Below are positions 61,648 to 64,000 of a stretch of 64,000 bases of DNA, piece after piece. Location of the stretch: NCBI RefSeq assembly GCF_001677475.2, contig NZ_CP012497.1. One strand, given 5' to 3'. The notes under the pieces are model-generated. The model did no database searches and was not told the DNA's origin. It worked only from the letters and a program-made list of their open reading frames with translations. The translations under genes were made by a program, and so were the position numbers. The DNA comes from Escherichia coli (GTDB lineage: Bacteria > Pseudomonadota > Gammaproteobacteria > Enterobacterales > Enterobacteriaceae). The number at the start of each line of letters is the position of its first letter. The first letter of the stretch is position 1.

Positions 61648-62601
61648 TTACTGCCAGTTCAGCAACTTAGGGTTGCTGTAAGCCTCCTTAAAAGCCGCTT
61701 TTATGTGACTTTTATTCAGGGATGAACCAGCACCTTTCGCCGCCAGCCACGCATGATTCAGTGTGTGAGTTAATACACGCAATCCCCCGGGCTTTTCGGC
61801 AACCCTCATCAGCAGATCCAGCTCATCTTCCTGTGTTACTCCCCATGCTTTGGCTACAGCCATCACATCAGTCTTTTTCACTTTGCGCAGTTGTTTTGTC
61901 ATGGCAAAACGGCTGAACAAACGAGCCAGTTCATCAGTCCCACGACGGGTGGCATCCGCCATCTGTTTCGGGTTGCCAATTAAAACCATCCCCACGCCAG
62001 TAGCATCCTGAATGGCGCGTAATTGCTCCAGACCATCCACACTTAAGTGATCAGCTTCATCAATAATCAGCAGGGGGTTAACACGGCCACTGGTTTCTTT
62101 ACCACCGCCCAGTTTTCTGCGAATGGCGCGGGTTATATTCCCCTTATTTCTTCCCGGATTATTAATTTCCAGCGCATATGCTATTTCAAGGAGGCATTCC
62201 GTTACGCTCGAATGTGCCGGTGCAAGCGTCACCATCCAGGCATTAGCTGTCTTGCGGCAATATTCCCGTGCAGCAAAAGTTTTGCCGACACCCGGTACGC
62301 CAACAACAACACTGATAATCCCGAGTGAGCGCACTGTTTTAAACAGCTCATGCAAATCACAAAATGTCTGGGTCTTCACAACGCCGGGGGCACCTGACAA
62401 ATTCTGCCCTTTTTGCCAGACCCGATACCATTCCTGTAATTTGTCATGCATACCTTCGACATTGCCTTTGTATTCTCCTTTACGCAGAGCCGAGAGTGTT
62501 GCCGGAGACATTCCGGCCTCATCAGCAATATCTTCCTGGGGCTTGTCGCCCTCGTTGATCAACGTATTAATAGTGTTGAAAACATCATCAATATCAGTCA
62601 T
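61648..62601 (-). CDS. B: transposition ATPase B (Mu B-like)
   Basis: 317 aa, colinear with Mu B as recalled (Walker A GVPGVGKT, IIDEADHL, ARLFSR). Confidence 0.85.
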   Translation of the reverse strand: MTDIDDVFNTINTLINEGDKPQEDIADEAGMSPATLSALRKGEYKGNVEGMHDKLQEWYRVWQKGQNLSGAPGVVKTQTFCDLHELFKTVRSLGIISVVVGVPGVGKTFAAREYCRKTANAWMVTLAPAHSSVTECLLEIAYALEINNPGRNKGNITRAIRRKLGGGKETSGRVNPLLIIDEADHLSVDGLEQLRAIQDATGVGMVLIGNPKQMADATRRGTDELARLFSRFAMTKQLRKVKKTDVMAVAKAWGVTQEDELDLLMRVAEKPGGLRVLTHTLNHAWLAAKGAGSSLNKSHIKAAFKEAYSNPKLLNWQ

Positions 62602-62676
62602 AGTATTTCCTCCATCATTACAGATTCACTTTGTTTTCCTTGTTTAACAGTCCGTTCCCGCGGACTGTTTTTTTAT

Positions 62677-64000
62677 TCAGGCCAGCGGATCATCTTCTTC
62701 CTGCATGGCAAAAAGTTTTTGCATCCCCAGTCTGAAATCGCGTTCAAATTCTTCGTCATGCTCTTCTTCATATTCCGGTTGCTGAACGGCCACCACATTA
62801 CCAACCGGGCGATAAACATTATCCAGCCAGGGTTCAGCCTGTTTGTGTTCCAGAATCTGAATACCTTCATCTTCAGCATCGCGAATTTTTTCCTCAGCGC
62901 GTTTGCGCATCCCTTTAATACGCTGCTGTTGTTTGTGATATTCCGCACTGACAGGGAAGGCTGCGCGTTTATTGCCGTTCCATATCGCCTCACAGATAAA
63001 GCTGCCGTCCTTGCGACGTACCGTAATTCGCTCGGCGTCATGAATGTCATAACTGATAAGCACTTTGCGACCGTGTTCGTCACGCAGCTCCGGCGCGTAA
63101 TAAATATTGCCAAGCCATTTGATTTCACAGCGTTTTACCGGACGCTCCACCATCGGGCGGAACATGTCGCGCAGCTCAAGATCACTCAGCCACTCAATTT
63201 CGGTGTCTTCTTCTGCCAGGCGTTTTTTTCTGAACTCTGCCGGGCTGTAATGCCGCCCGTTCGGTTTCATAGGCAGCTCAGAATGCGGGCGGTTGTTGTA
63301 CCATTCCACGCCTTCACGAATAGCCTCAATAAGCTCCGCCCACGATGGTAGCTCGCGCATTGCAGCTTTCTGGCGGTCGTTCAGAGGCTTGTCCTGTTGC
63401 AGGGCGTTAAACGCTGAACGCAGATCACGGTTAAGTACACGCAACGATTCCCGGTCAGCACCCTTGCCAAAATAGGTGCGATACCTCCTGGCTATACGCA
63501 TCGGCAGTGTCCGGTTCAGGCGTTCAATAATGCCGCGCCCCTGTGGATTACCGGCAATACCTGTTGGGTGTTTAATCCCCAGGCGGGCAGAATACCCACG
63601 ACCTCTTTGTCAAGCATGTCAGCCGTTTCACCAGAACCGTTATCCGAGTAATACAGGAACGGTTTTCCGTGGTTGCGAATGCCGTGCTGTATCGCTCCGG
63701 CAACGGCGAAAACGTTCTCGGCAAGATCAAGACTCCAGCCAACAACAAACCGGGTTCCACCGTCGATCACAAACGTGACTTCTGGTGAGAATGGACGCCC
63801 GTGGATCGGATGCGCACATTTCAGCTTCATACCGTGACCGTCACCAATCCAGACATAATTCACCGGCATAGCTGTCCAGTCGCGGCGGGTGAATCCTTCA
63901 AGCTGACGGTATTCACTGCCGGTAACACGGCCTTTTTGTTTCACCACTTCCGGCAATTTCTTCATGGCATAACGAACCACATCGTAAGAGGGCATCACCT
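62677..64000 (-). CDS. A: transposase A (Mu A-like), 5' end beyond the window, frame broken at a C-run (63577-63580)
   Basis: ORF 63516-63998 carries the DDE catalytic core (YYSDNGSGETAD) and ORF 62677-63501 the C-terminal domain; an alternate frame reads GIKHPTGIAGNPQGRGIIERLNRTLPMRIARRY across the junction. Confidence 0.85.

Overview
The window is a composite of two temperate-phage genomes from an enterobacterial host, with no ordinary chromosomal housekeeping genes. (1) About 1-30.3 kb is a P1-like phage-plasmid backbone: a ban operon (DnaB-like helicase, TerB-like Tci protein, tRNA-Ile2-like/Thr/Asn), a bifunctional Dmt methyltransferase carrying an intein, an RdgC-like hrdC, the P1-type plasmid replicon (oriR, RepA flanked by 5 incC and 9 incA iterons, parA-parB-parS), capsid/sheath/tail genes, the immI-like region (icd, ant, kilA, repL) and several C1-operator matches (ATTGCTCTAATAAATTT). 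Two low-GC accessory islands sit in this backbone: a DUF3800-like two-gene operon (23.4-24.6 kb) and a three-gene envelope module (28.3-30.3 kb). (2) About 30.3-64 kb is a Mu-like transposable prophage on the minus strand, running from com-mom through tail fibres, baseplate, tape measure, sheath, head, portal, terminase, lysis genes, mor, gemA, gam and B to transposase A, which continues past the window end. At least eight genes are split by single-base frameshifts sitting in homopolymer runs, which looks like sequencing/assembly indel error rather than biology. Assignments rest on reading the translated ORFs against remembered family motifs and P1/Mu gene order; no database search was run, and the Mu-like right end is not resolved.
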